DNA of 64,000 bases from Staphylococcus phage Fi4S2, in the sequence record PV037056.1; one strand, written 5' to 3'. Below, one piece after another: positions 1-10,800 of this stretch (position 1 is its first letter; each line of letters opens with the position of its first letter). The notes below the pieces were generated by a model. That model was not told the DNA's origin. It was given only the letters and a program-made list of their open reading frames with translations, and searched no databases. Both the position numbers and the translations under genes were made by a program.

Positions 1-2
1 GA

Positions 3-311
3 GCCCAGCTAGGTGTTAAACTAGAGATAAGTCAAAGTAACTGGTGGCATGATGCTTGGAAATGGGTAGAAAGAAGTAAGAGAGACGGATACAGTGGAGG
101 TAGAACACCTAAGCAAGGAGCTGTAGCTGTATGGCAACGTGAAGATGCAGGAGGAAGCCCTCAGTTTGGTCACGTATCTATTGTAGAGAAGGTTCTAGAT
201 GGTGGTAAAAGAATGAAATTATCAGAGTATAATTTTGAACACCCTGAAGCCTATGGTGAACGTACAATAGATGTTGACAAGGACGTATATTTCATATATG
301 ATAAAGGGTAG
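3..311 (+). CDS. C-terminal end of a tail-associated peptidoglycan hydrolase with a CHAP-like domain; the start lies outside the window
   Basis: Frame 3 is open from the window edge to TAG at 309-311. The translation ...GAVAVWQREDAGGSPQFGHVSIVEKV... resembles the His-containing half of a CHAP domain. Its position upstream of baseplate genes matches the tail lysin of phage K-like genomes. Confidence 0.5.
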   Translation, partial: AQLGVKLEISQSNWWHDAWKWVERSKRDGYSGGRTPKQGAVAVWQREDAGGSPQFGHVSIVEKVLDGGKRMKLSEYNFEHPEAYGERTIDVDKDVYFIYDKG

Positions 312-325
312 GAGGTAATTAACAG

Positions 326-1243
326 ATGGAAGTAACAAAAAGACTAGCAACAGACACTATAAACAAATTTCTATATAACACCAATGAATACATCAGTAAT
401 AGTTTAGAAGAGCAAGCAGAAAAGGACAAAGAGTTGGATTTACTTGTAATACCCGACTTAATACAGTCAATAGCTGAAGTTAGACCTTACACTAACATTG
501 TCACAGGAATGCGTATTGTAGACTATAATATTAATTATAATAGGTTAGATAATTATAAAGTAGATGCTGATGTTGAATTAACTTCTAGAAGTGCTTTGAC
601 AACAAACACAACCAGCTCTACTAATGTGATAAAAATAAAGTTAGTTTTAGAACCTATTAATGAAAATTTATTAATTACAGAATACACTAAAGACGTAGTT
701 AATATTAGTGAGGAAGATACTTACGATGAAGACATGGCAGAGGGTATACCTATGGTTATATCCTTTACTAACTCATTACTAGAAGACAAACCTAATTTAA
801 CTAATTTATACTATGCTTATAGAGGAAGACCTTCTACAGACCCATTAGACTATATTAACGATAATCCTGTAGGCGTGGACATGTATACTATACTTTACTG
901 GATGATGAAACATCAAGAAATACCTAATGACTTTAATTATCCGTTGACATCAGAGGACTTTATAAGCTATGATGGTATATATGAGGTATACTCTAAAGGA
1001 CATAAGTATAAGTATTATCTTGATGAGATGGAAAAAGGTGACTTTGTATTCTTTGATGATAATGACACTACAGTAGGTATATACATTGGAGACAACAGAT
1101 GTATCACCATTACAGGTAAACAGCCATATGACAGAAGTGGAGGTTTAGACTTTATTGTATTAGAGGATGAATGGTGGGACAGATTTAATGGTAGGATTAT
1201 GAGATTCAAAGAGGAGGATGTAGTAAGATGGGAGCTAATGTAG
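326..1243 (+). CDS. hypothetical tail or baseplate-associated protein (305 aa)
   Basis: ORF with an RBS (aaagggtaggagg) that overlaps the next gene in an operon-like arrangement. Assigned by position in the tail module. Confidence 0.4.
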   Translation: MEVTKRLATDTINKFLYNTNEYISNSLEEQAEKDKELDLLVIPDLIQSIAEVRPYTNIVTGMRIVDYNINYNRLDNYKVDADVELTSRSALTTNTTSSTNVIKIKLVLEPINENLLITEYTKDVVNISEEDTYDEDMAEGIPMVISFTNSLLEDKPNLTNLYYAYRGRPSTDPLDYINDNPVGVDMYTILYWMMKHQEIPNDFNYPLTSEDFISYDGIYEVYSKGHKYKYYLDEMEKGDFVFFDDNDTTVGIYIGDNRCITITGKQPYDRSGGLDFIVLEDEWWDRFNGRIMRFKEEDVVRWELM

Positions 1244-4200
1244 TAAGAAGACAATCAGGACTTGGAACTACCTTTTCAGAAACAACTTCTGAAGACAATA
1301 AAATGAAGAGCTTGATTTTAGCTAGAATCATAAAAGTATACTATAAGTATCAAACTGTTGAATTAGAGGCATTATCAGGTAAGTTGTCACTAGGTAAAGG
1401 TAACAACACAGAAGGTAGATTTTCAGCTCCATATCCTAAGTCTTTCACAGGATTAACTCCTGAGAATGAAGTATATGGCTCTATACCTGTAATGTCTCCA
1501 GGCATGATAGTGCTTGTTGGTTTTATTAATGATAGCCCTAGTAATCCTATAATCATTAATAGTTATGGGCTAAATGAGCATAATAAGCAACTAGTTAGAA
1601 CACCATTATTAAGTGGTGACATGAGAGATGATAAGAACTATAAACTCAACTCAGCATCTTTTACGCTATCACCTAGTTTAACTTATCAGTTTAAAGATGG
1701 TGAAGGCAATGAAGTTAATACGTGGAATGGTTATACATTTCAATCTATAACTTCTGATGCTAATAACTTACCTGTAGCTACTGACTACATGGATGGTAGT
1801 TATTACATGGATTTATATACTAGTAAGTATGGTGACGATTCTTTAATTGAACCTAGAATTAAGCAAGCTCCTGCGATGTTCTTTAAACACCAAGGAGAAT
1901 ATACATCAGATGGTGAGTTAGATAATCATATATACATGGACTATATAGAACCTGATGGTACACATAGAACTACTTCTATGAATAGAGAAGAGCAATGGAG
2001 AACATCTGTTGAGCAAGGACATAAAGGTGACTGGAGAGTAAGATACCAAGCAGATAGTATCATATTAGATGATGCATTAGACTATATAGAATTTGGCTTA
2101 GATAGTGATAATCAACGGTTTTACATAGAAAACCCAAATCATTCTTTTGAAGTCACAGATGAGGGCATCATTGTCGATGGAAAGCCTCTATTAGCTAACA
2201 TAGATGACAGTATTGAAGAAGCCTTTAAACACCTAGATGAGATAGAAAGTCAAATGGAAGAAGTTCAGAACATACTTGAAGGCCTAGGTGAGAGAAGTTT
2301 AAGAGAACTTATAAATTCTACTAATGAAGCTATAGCTAAAACTGAACAAAATGAAACTAAGATAAGTGCGCTTAACAAGGCTATAAATGAGAACACTAAT
2401 AACATTACAGGTATGATAGAGAAGTATGATAACTTTATGGATACTGTAAGAACCTACATTCAAGATAATGATACTAATATTAACAGTATTAGAGACCGAT
2501 TGAGAGAGGTTGAAAACTCATCTGATTTAGAACCACTCAAAAAAGATTTAGAAAAATATAAATATAAAACATACAGAGACATTAGAGTGGAAGCTGATTT
2601 ACCTAGATACTTTGCTGGTTATGATGCTATACTATCGGGCTCCCAAAATACAAAGTATAACTTGCAAGCATTTGCTATGGATAGTAAATACTACTTCTTA
2701 TTGTTTAAACCTGAAGGTACAGGAGACAAAAGAAATATCTTAGTAGTTTATGATAAGTTTTTAAAAGAAATTAATAAGTATTTCTTTGGTCAAGGAGTAA
2801 TCCAAACGATAGCTATTGATGTTCCTGCAAACACTACTAATCGTTACCTCTATACTAAGCTCGATGACCAAACAATAGTTTCTTATGACTTAACAGCAAT
2901 AGATAGTAAGGATGTCTTGACATTTAATGACATTACTAGTAAAGAGCCTAGAGCATCTTATTCAGTACCTGTTCAGGATACTATACTAAAGGTTAGAGAT
3001 AACTGGATAGTTAAGACAGTAATTGACAGCTTTGGTTATGCTACTTACACGCTTTATGATAAGGATTTCTCTAACCCATCTAAGTTATACAGATTACGTA
3101 ATAATAGTAATGTTGTAGGCTCTATGATGGATGGTGGAAACTTAGCCCAAGTAATTCAAACCCAAAATACAGCAGGAGTACAGATAGTTAATTCTGACAA
3201 TAGTATTCAGGATTACACGTACAGTAACACAGAGTTAAACTCCTTTATTCAAAGTAAGATAGGAGTTTCTACTCCAACAGCTAAACAGGTAGGTGCTTTT
3301 AGTAGTTCTGATGTTTACTTATCTACTATAGTTTACAATGAGGATACAAGCTATGGAAAGACTAAGGGCATTGCGATTATAGAACATAAATCATCTAATA
3401 GGGATTACAAGTTTAGAGAGTTCTCTTTACCTGTAGACCAAAGACTTACAGTAGCCTGTATAGGTACAAAGCTATTTAACACAAATACAAACTCTGAGAT
3501 TAATAGTATAGAGGATTTACTCACTACTATGACAGACTTGAAGATGAGTTCATTTTCACTATATACAAATAATACTAATATAATTGATTTTAATTCATCT
3601 ACAAAAGTACCTACAGATGTTATTGTAACTATATCCATGTTAACGGATAAAACATTCTATGTTACCTATACATTTACTAAAAATAACCAAGAGAACAATT
3701 ACATCATAAAGAATACAAGTTCAGGTTACTCTTACGTAAGTATTGATAATGAACCTGTACTTAATAGCATAGATGTATATGCAATTAAAAATGTAGGTAA
3801 ATCATACGTAATAAATGGTACTAACCTACCTGAAGGAAGTACAGAAGGATTTGTAGAGCTAAGACAAACACCTAATGCAAGTTTGTTACTATTTATTGAT
3901 GCTACATCATTAAACCAATATGGTGCTATAAAAAAAGACACACAATGGGGAGAATGGAAACTATTATCAAAGGAGATTTTTAAACCAAAAGGAGGCGGGT
4001 CGGATAAGTATAAATCAATGACAGAGTTAATGAGTATTGTCCCTGCTGGTACACAATGGGAGATAGTAACTAAAAACCTATACTCTGATACACTAGTAAC
4101 AGCTATACATGGTGGAGGTATAGAGATAGGTACGTCAGAACTAGCAGAAGAAGTAGCAACGGAATCTAACAAGGATTACTTCTCCTTCTTAGGTAAGAAA

Positions 4201-4626
4201 TCATCAAATAACTCTGAATTACATGTTACCTCTACTAATTATGATGAGCCTACATTGTTTACTATGCTTAGACGTTCTTTATATTCCGTAGCAATACATG
4301 GAGCTAGTGGAGATGACAAAGTTATCTATATAGGAGGAGCAGACGCTACAAACAAGGCTATCATGAAATCAGAACTGATTAATGCTGGCTTTGATGCTCA
4401 AGATGCTCCTGATAACCTAGCGGGTCTAGAACCAAATAATATATCTAATCAGACCAAAAGAAAAGGGTGTGTTCAGTTAGAGTTGACTACAGCACTTAGA
4501 AAATCATTCTTTTTAAATGATGACTGGTCTAAAGCTAACAGAAGTAATAGAGATAATTGGACATCTACCTTATTTAACTTAACAACAGCTATAACAACTG
4601 CAATGAGTAAATTTGAAAATGACTAA
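1228..4626 (+). CDS. large tail/baseplate structural protein (1132 aa) with a central coiled-coil segment
   Basis: Long uninterrupted ORF. It sits between the tail lysin and the baseplate genes, as the large tail proteins do in phage K-like genomes. No catalytic motif could be confirmed by eye. Confidence 0.4.
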   Translation: MGANVVRRQSGLGTTFSETTSEDNKMKSLILARIIKVYYKYQTVELEALSGKLSLGKGNNTEGRFSAPYPKSFTGLTPENEVYGSIPVMSPGMIVLVGFINDSPSNPIIINSYGLNEHNKQLVRTPLLSGDMRDDKNYKLNSASFTLSPSLTYQFKDGEGNEVNTWNGYTFQSITSDANNLPVATDYMDGSYYMDLYTSKYGDDSLIEPRIKQAPAMFFKHQGEYTSDGELDNHIYMDYIEPDGTHRTTSMNREEQWRTSVEQGHKGDWRVRYQADSIILDDALDYIEFGLDSDNQRFYIENPNHSFEVTDEGIIVDGKPLLANIDDSIEEAFKHLDEIESQMEEVQNILEGLGERSLRELINSTNEAIAKTEQNETKISALNKAINENTNNITGMIEKYDNFMDTVRTYIQDNDTNINSIRDRLREVENSSDLEPLKKDLEKYKYKTYRDIRVEADLPRYFAGYDAILSGSQNTKYNLQAFAMDSKYYFLLFKPEGTGDKRNILVVYDKFLKEINKYFFGQGVIQTIAIDVPANTTNRYLYTKLDDQTIVSYDLTAIDSKDVLTFNDITSKEPRASYSVPVQDTILKVRDNWIVKTVIDSFGYATYTLYDKDFSNPSKLYRLRNNSNVVGSMMDGGNLAQVIQTQNTAGVQIVNSDNSIQDYTYSNTELNSFIQSKIGVSTPTAKQVGAFSSSDVYLSTIVYNEDTSYGKTKGIAIIEHKSSNRDYKFREFSLPVDQRLTVACIGTKLFNTNTNSEINSIEDLLTTMTDLKMSSFSLYTNNTNIIDFNSSTKVPTDVIVTISMLTDKTFYVTYTFTKNNQENNYIIKNTSSGYSYVSIDNEPVLNSIDVYAIKNVGKSYVINGTNLPEGSTEGFVELRQTPNASLLLFIDATSLNQYGAIKKDTQWGEWKLLSKEIFKPKGGGSDKYKSMTELMSIVPAGTQWEIVTKNLYSDTLVTAIHGGGIEIGTSELAEEVATESNKDYFSFLGKKSSNNSELHVTSTNYDEPTLFTMLRRSLYSVAIHGASGDDKVIYIGGADATNKAIMKSELINAGFDAQDAPDNLAGLEPNNISNQTKRKGCVQLELTTALRKSFFLNDDWSKANRSNRDNWTSTLFNLTTAITTAMSKFEND

Positions 4627-4628
4627 GT

Positions 4629-4657
4629 AGAAGAGGCTAACACCTCTTCTTTTTTGT
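4629..4657 (+). terminator. rho-independent terminator after the 1132-aa tail gene
   Basis: GC-containing hairpin gaagagg/cctcttc followed by a T-run. Confidence 0.5.
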
Positions 4658-4700
4658 TGTATGTTATATTAATTTTGAAGAAGACCACAAGATAAAATAC

Positions 4701-4728
4701 TTGCAATACCTTATAAGTATGGTATAAT
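4701..4728 (+). promoter_or_regulatory. sigma-A-like promoter (TTGCAA-16 bp-TATAAT)
   Basis: Near-consensus -35 and -10 hexamers with correct spacing, upstream of the 4760 ORF. Confidence 0.45.
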
Positions 4729-4759
4729 AAGTGCATAGACTATAGAAAGGAGTTATATT

Positions 4760-5554
4760 ATGCCTCAATCAGACGGTACAAATACACTAAAAAGAATTGC
4801 ATTACACTTTTCTGATGACAATGGTAGTTTTACTAACTCTACTGAAGACATTTATAGATTTGCTGTAAACCCTGAAAATTATAGACATACAATGCCACAA
4901 CGTTCTAATGTTTTAAAAACTAAGTCAAGTATAATAGTAGAAGACTATGGCAAAGACATTGAAACGATTACCTTTTCAGGTACAACAGGCTTTAGAAAGA
5001 TAAAACAAAATGGTAAGGTAATGAATGGTAAACAAAGAATGGATGAGTTAATATCTCTAGTAGACTACTACGCTCAGTCAAGTGGAGGCAGTGGTAATAG
5101 ACCTTCACATTTAAGATTTTATAATCGTACAGACGATGTTAACAAACTAGTGACATTAGCACCTGAAGGATTAACAGTTACGAGAGATAAAGAAAACCCA
5201 TTGATGTATCAGTACGAGATAACATTAGTAGTTTTAGGTTTTGCCTGGGAAGATGGGGACAATGCAAAAACAGACCCTGAGTTTGGTAACGTACAACCTA
5301 GCCCCAGCCAAGATGCTACCAATAAGTTTTTAGACCAAAATGACTATGACTATGGGTATAGAGACCAAAATAATACTGCTATGAATAATGGTGACAATAG
5401 ATTCACTGACCATATCAAAGATACTGATAACAACATACAATCTAATAATACTAGTGGTACAGTAGCTAATCCAAGAGTTAACCTTAGAGGTATGTCGAGT
5501 TCTGTATCAAATATGGCTCAAATTGTAGGCTATGGGAATGGTGGTGTAGGTTAA
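4760..5554 (+). CDS. hypothetical baseplate-region protein (264 aa)
   Basis: ORF with an RBS (aaaggag). Assigned by position in the baseplate module. Confidence 0.4.
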   Translation: MPQSDGTNTLKRIALHFSDDNGSFTNSTEDIYRFAVNPENYRHTMPQRSNVLKTKSSIIVEDYGKDIETITFSGTTGFRKIKQNGKVMNGKQRMDELISLVDYYAQSSGGSGNRPSHLRFYNRTDDVNKLVTLAPEGLTVTRDKENPLMYQYEITLVVLGFAWEDGDNAKTDPEFGNVQPSPSQDATNKFLDQNDYDYGYRDQNNTAMNNGDNRFTDHIKDTDNNIQSNNTSGTVANPRVNLRGMSSSVSNMAQIVGYGNGGVG

Positions 5555-6087
5555 TGGATTATAGAATAAGACAAACAAGTAGTTTACTAAGATTTTTAAA
5601 AACAATTGATGTCTCAGATGATACAAGAGTAGTAGCTAATAGACTAGATGGTGAGCTAACCTTTACTTCTAAGTATTATACACCTAATTTAATACTAAGT
5701 GAGCTAGCAGTAAAAGCTTTACAAGACATAAAAAGTGATGTAGTACCTTATACGGATACTGACATCAATAAAGAGAGTATAGTTAATAGCCTTAGAAAAA
5801 CAGATTTAGCTATAAGAGAGCCTGGTGTTTACCAAATACTGCAAACTATTGTATTAGAAGCTTTTGCATTAATAAACAGTGTTACTGAATCACCTACAGC
5901 CTTAAAGTATGTAACAAAGAAAGACATAGCTCTTACTAGAGATAACCTAAACTATGTATCTGATTATTTAGGTGATTACCCTGATTACATTACTGTTTTG
6001 GATAAGCTAAGGGAGCTAGACATTAGTTTTGGCTACATTGAGAACCAATTAGATTTAATGAAAGTAGGTGTTGTTGATGAGGTATAA
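5554..6087 (+). CDS. hypothetical baseplate-region protein (177 aa)
   Basis: Translationally coupled ORF (ATG overlaps the previous stop). Confidence 0.4.
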   Translation: MDYRIRQTSSLLRFLKTIDVSDDTRVVANRLDGELTFTSKYYTPNLILSELAVKALQDIKSDVVPYTDTDINKESIVNSLRKTDLAIREPGVYQILQTIVLEAFALINSVTESPTALKYVTKKDIALTRDNLNYVSDYLGDYPDYITVLDKLRELDISFGYIENQLDLMKVGVVDEV

Positions 6088-6784
6088 AAAGTATAGAATA
6101 CAATACCAAGACACCGTACAAGGTATAGCACAAAGATTTTATGGAGATGTTAGTAGTTGGTTTGAACTAGTAGAATATAATAATTTAGAGTACCCTTATA
6201 TAGTAGATACTAATGCAGAAAAACTTGAAAATTTAGAGCATTTAGTGACGATAGGTGATGAGCTTATCATACCTATAGAGGATGATTTAGCTACATATGA
6301 TGTAAGTAAAATAAATAAACATGACTCAAGTATTATGATGGATTGGTCTTTAGGCATGGATATAGACATGCTTAGTGGTGAACAGACTTTTAAGAATCAT
6401 GGTACAAGTGATGAGATTACAGAGTTAGATGCAGACCCTAGTACACATGACTTATCTTTAAGAAAAGGTGTATCTAATATGATTCAGTCCTTAACTGCTA
6501 GACTCTTAACCGCTAGAGGTAGTTTATTACTACATCCTGACTATGGCTCAGAGTTACATAACCTATTTGGTAAAGCTTTACCTGAGCAAGCATTACTTAT
6601 AGAAACAGAAATAACTAGATGTTTAATGAGTGATTCAAGAGTAAAATTAGTAACACAAGATAACTACACTATACAAGGAAATGAATACATAGGAGCCTTT
6701 ACAGTTGACCTAGAATCTGTGGAGAAATCGTTAAGATTTGTATTAGAGGCAGACCCATCAGGAATTATCGCTAGATTTGAATAG
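6068..6784 (+). CDS. baseplate wedge protein, N-terminal LysM-like plus gp25-like domain
   Basis: N-terminus YRIQYQDTVQGIAQRFYGDVSSWFELVEYNNL...GDELIIP resembles a LysM motif. The C-terminal part ...LLLHPDYGSELHNLFGK... resembles the GPW/gp25 baseplate family. Confidence 0.5.
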   Translation: MLLMRYKKYRIQYQDTVQGIAQRFYGDVSSWFELVEYNNLEYPYIVDTNAEKLENLEHLVTIGDELIIPIEDDLATYDVSKINKHDSSIMMDWSLGMDIDMLSGEQTFKNHGTSDEITELDADPSTHDLSLRKGVSNMIQSLTARLLTARGSLLLHPDYGSELHNLFGKALPEQALLIETEITRCLMSDSRVKLVTQDNYTIQGNEYIGAFTVDLESVEKSLRFVLEADPSGIIARFE

Positions 6785-6802
6785 GAAGGAAGGACAAACG
6801 AC

Positions 6803-7849
6803 ATGAAAACAAAAAAGCTATCAGAGATACTCTCTAGGCTTATAGATAAGACAATGATTTCTACAGGTAAAATAAATGATTTTACGCCAGGAAGTGTCAT
6901 ACGTTCTCTATATGAAGCTATAGCATTAGAGATAGAACAGTTCTACATGCTCACTAGACAAAATATACTATGGGGTATACAAGAAGGTGTATTACAGGCT
7001 TTTGACTTTAAGAAGAGAAAAGCTAAGAGAGCTTATGGTCAAGTGACTATAGAGTTTTATAATCCTTTGAAAGAGAGACTTACAATTTCTAGAGGTACAA
7101 CATTCACATCTAGTAAGCAAGAAATTACACAACAGTTTGAAACATTAACTGAATATTATGTTGAACCAGGAACAACATCTACAAGAGTAGAAGTTTATTG
7201 TACTTCTATAGGAGAAGTAGGAAATGTACCTGAAGAATCTATAAACATAATCAATACAAGCTCAACTCTAATAAGTAGGGTGTATAATGAAACTTCATTT
7301 AGCACGGGAACAGATGAAGAGCCTATAGAAGATGTAAAAAGAAGATTTAATTTATTTGTAGAAACTAGAGGTAGAGCAACAAATAAATCAATACGTTATG
7401 GAGCAACTCAAGTAGATGAAGTAGCAGGTGTATATGTGTATGAAGAAGTAGGTCATGTTACTGTTTTTACCCACGATAGAAACGGGGAGTTAACACCTGA
7501 GTTAAAGAGTACAGTAACACAAGCATTGGAGGATTATAGACCTAGTGGTATTATGCTAGAAGTAAAACCTGTTATAAAAACAACACAAGACATTAATGTT
7601 ACAGTAACATTATCAGATAAAAATAAAATAACAAACGATTATAAACTTCGCATTGAAAGCACTATTAGAAGTTACTTAAACAACTTTACAGTATCAAAAG
7701 ATTTAATATTATCAGACTTAACACAAGTTATAATGAACATAGATGACTATATGATTTATGATTGTAGTTACAATAATATTACAGGAAATGTTATAACAAA
7801 TCCTGAAGAAATATTGCGCCCAGGTAATATTAATGTTACACTAGTATAG
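6803..7849 (+). CDS. baseplate J-like protein (348 aa)
   Basis: Size and position after the gp25-like gene match the baseplate J protein of phage K-like genomes. There is no strong motif. Confidence 0.45.
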   Translation: MKTKKLSEILSRLIDKTMISTGKINDFTPGSVIRSLYEAIALEIEQFYMLTRQNILWGIQEGVLQAFDFKKRKAKRAYGQVTIEFYNPLKERLTISRGTTFTSSKQEITQQFETLTEYYVEPGTTSTRVEVYCTSIGEVGNVPEESINIINTSSTLISRVYNETSFSTGTDEEPIEDVKRRFNLFVETRGRATNKSIRYGATQVDEVAGVYVYEEVGHVTVFTHDRNGELTPELKSTVTQALEDYRPSGIMLEVKPVIKTTQDINVTVTLSDKNKITNDYKLRIESTIRSYLNNFTVSKDLILSDLTQVIMNIDDYMIYDCSYNNITGNVITNPEEILRPGNINVTLV

Positions 7850-7865
7850 AAAGGAGGGAATATTT

Positions 7866-10800
7866 TTGGGTAACTTTTTAAAATACATACATCCTCTACT
7901 GAAAAGAAAGAAAAGTGATAAGAATTATGAGGATGTAAACTACGCTATAATAAACGCACTAGACACTGAAATAAGTGACTTAGAGAAAGAAGCGATGGCA
8001 AGTAAAATACAATCCTCATTAAAAACAGCAAAAGGAGAATATCTAGACCTTTGGGGTGAGTGGTTTTACGTTACAAGAAGAGAGAATGAAGAAGATGACT
8101 TGTATAGAGAACGTATTATAAAGTTCTTATTATTAAAGAGAGGAACTAATAATGCTATTATTGAGGCCTTAAGAGACTTTTTAAATGACTATGATTCCTA
8201 CATCAACATATATGAGCCTTTCACAAATATATTCTATACTAATAAGTCTAAACTTGATGGTGAAGACCATCTTATGGGTGACTATTACCGATTTGCTATT
8301 ATCGACATCACATTAGGTCGTAAGTTTCCTGTAGAGATTATAGATGTTATTAATGAGTTCAAACCAGCAGGGGTTAAGTTTTATTTAACTTATGACCATG
8401 CTAGAGATGTCGAAGGTGATGGCATTATAGAGATGCCTCCAGCTAATGTAGAGATAACAGCTAGAACTCATATAAGCACATTAGGTGGCTATGGAGGTTA
8501 TATTAGAGGCCACGTTAATTTAGGAAATCTAACTTATAAATCCATTTTTGACTATGAAGATGATGGAGAGGGTAACAATAACATCTTTAGAACTGATGAC
8601 TCCCTAATCAACAGTTTAGATGTTCTAGGTGGGGAAGCAGGAGCAGGAAGTAAATATACTAATACTGCTATGTTAACATCAAAAGCTTACTACCCTACAC
8701 TTCAAGATACAGCACATACTTTTAGTGAAACAAGTGGTGTTACATTGCTAGACTCAGAGTTTAATAGAGGTACAAAGAAAATAGATAATCTAGTAGGCTC
8801 TTTAAAAACATTAGGAGGTAACAAAGAAAGTAACCTTTATATAGGTCTTGATGTCTATCGTTACTTAAATCTAAATTACCCTAGTACAGTTAAGAATTAC
8901 ACAGATACTTCAGAGCTAAAAAACAAAATTACTAAGGTAGCAAAAGACCCTAAGATAGTTTTTAAAGCTAATGCTCTAGTGTCACCTTCAGAACCCGTAT
9001 CAGCCCATACGTATATATTTAACTTTACTAACAACCAATGGGACTTTTTAGATACAGTAAATCTTGACTTAAATGGTGTTCATAATACCGCAGAGCTAGG
9101 TAACTTGTATGACAACATATCAGATACTGGAACTGTATTCTTGAAGGGTGTGGTAGACGCTACTGAAGAGCCGATACAGATAAATGTAGACTATCTAGAC
9201 CTGTCCTTTAAAGACTATGTAAAAGATTACTATACTATAATGCCTTATGAAGGTTCAGTAGAAGGTTATCATAAGATTGTAAATCTAGCTGTACAAGTTA
9301 ACGCCTATAAGACATATACAGGCTCTAACCCTGAAGTTATGTTAGATTCTTATTACAGACCAACGGGATTTTATAGGATTAAAGGTTTAGGCTCTACTAG
9401 AATATCTCATGTGTTGAAAGATGAAGATTATAATATGGGTATAGAATCTGAAGAGAACAGCTATCACTATTTACCTACAGGGCTTCTTAGTAAAGAATAT
9501 CTTAAACCCTTTACTATTACAGATGACAAAACTTATTTAACTTTGGATAATAATTTCAACTTTGCTGAATACTACACACTTAGCTTTATGCTAGATAATA
9601 GTGAGGACATTAACACCAGTGAGTATAAATTACACTTCTATCAAGAAAGAAAGTCAACAAATACTCAAGAGCTTGTAGCTACTTTTAACTTATCCGATAG
9701 CTCTAAAAGCTCAGAAGAGGTGTTTAGTCAAACTAAGCAATTCCTTAAGTTCCCGTACAAAGAAGCTATTGGTGACGATGACATTAACTTTTATGTTAAA
9801 GCTGAATATACTGGTCAGAATGCACAAGAACCTTTACAGGTTAAAGCATTTGTGTTAAAAAATTCTAGTATAGTTAAGGATGTTCCCTCAGATGCTAGCT
9901 CTATTTCTTATGGAGGTCAGAGTAATCTAAGAGATTACACAATAGAGGATACAGAAAATGGTGTGTACTTAAAATCACCTACTGATGGTATTTTTGACTT
10001 TGCCTTAAGTTTCCCTGATGCTCCTAAGACAGACAAGGAGAAACCCTATTATTACAATGAACTTATTGAAAAAGGACTTACACCGTCACTTTTAATACCG
10101 TACAAGGTTACTGATGGTACTAAAGGTAGTGGCATGGTTAGAGCATACATCAGAGACACTAATACAAGTTCTATTATTTCTAGCTTTTATATAAACAATA
10201 ACAAGGATTCAAGTTCTCCTTATGACTATATAAACATACCATTATCTAAGTTAAGTTCTTCTAGTAGCATTTACATGTCTACAAGTAGTATCACTGGGCT
10301 TAAGATTATAGGTAATATGAAAATAGCATTTTACACAGAAGACAATGCACTAACTTTATCATCAGGAATGTCTTACTTGCCTATAGTATCTAAAGAGTAC
10401 ATTGTTAAAGGTGAGATGACAGTTAGGTTTAAGATGAATAAGAAATATAGTACACAAGAACTTCAGTTGTATTATGGTACGAGTAACTCTCAGGGACTGG
10501 AAAATGTGCCTTACCCATTAGCTAATACCCAACAAGTTACTTCTACCGTTGTAGATGATACTACAAATGAGTATCTGTTTACGGTTAAAATACCTACAGC
10601 ACGTAGAGGTTATAATATAGAAGATGTTTACTCATTGTTAACTGACATGTCTAAACTTGAAGTAGAATCCAAAGATGATACGACAGAAGTTTATAATGAT
10701 TACGATGACACGTATACAATAATTAATTATAGTAACCCTATAGACGTAAGTATACCTATATATAATAGTACTGTATTTAAAGAGTATCCTGTTGTTAATA

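Noticed and set aside
3732-4172. 146-aa minus-strand ORF inside the 1132-aa tail gene (and similar antisense ORFs at 1350-1556, 3405-3638, 11297-11755, 14326-15228, 37338-37757, 44494-45367, 48773-49534, 54799-55017)
   Set aside because: They lie fully within longer ORFs of the opposite strand that have RBSs and module-consistent context. They lack RBSs, and several are artefacts of low-complexity or repeat codon runs.
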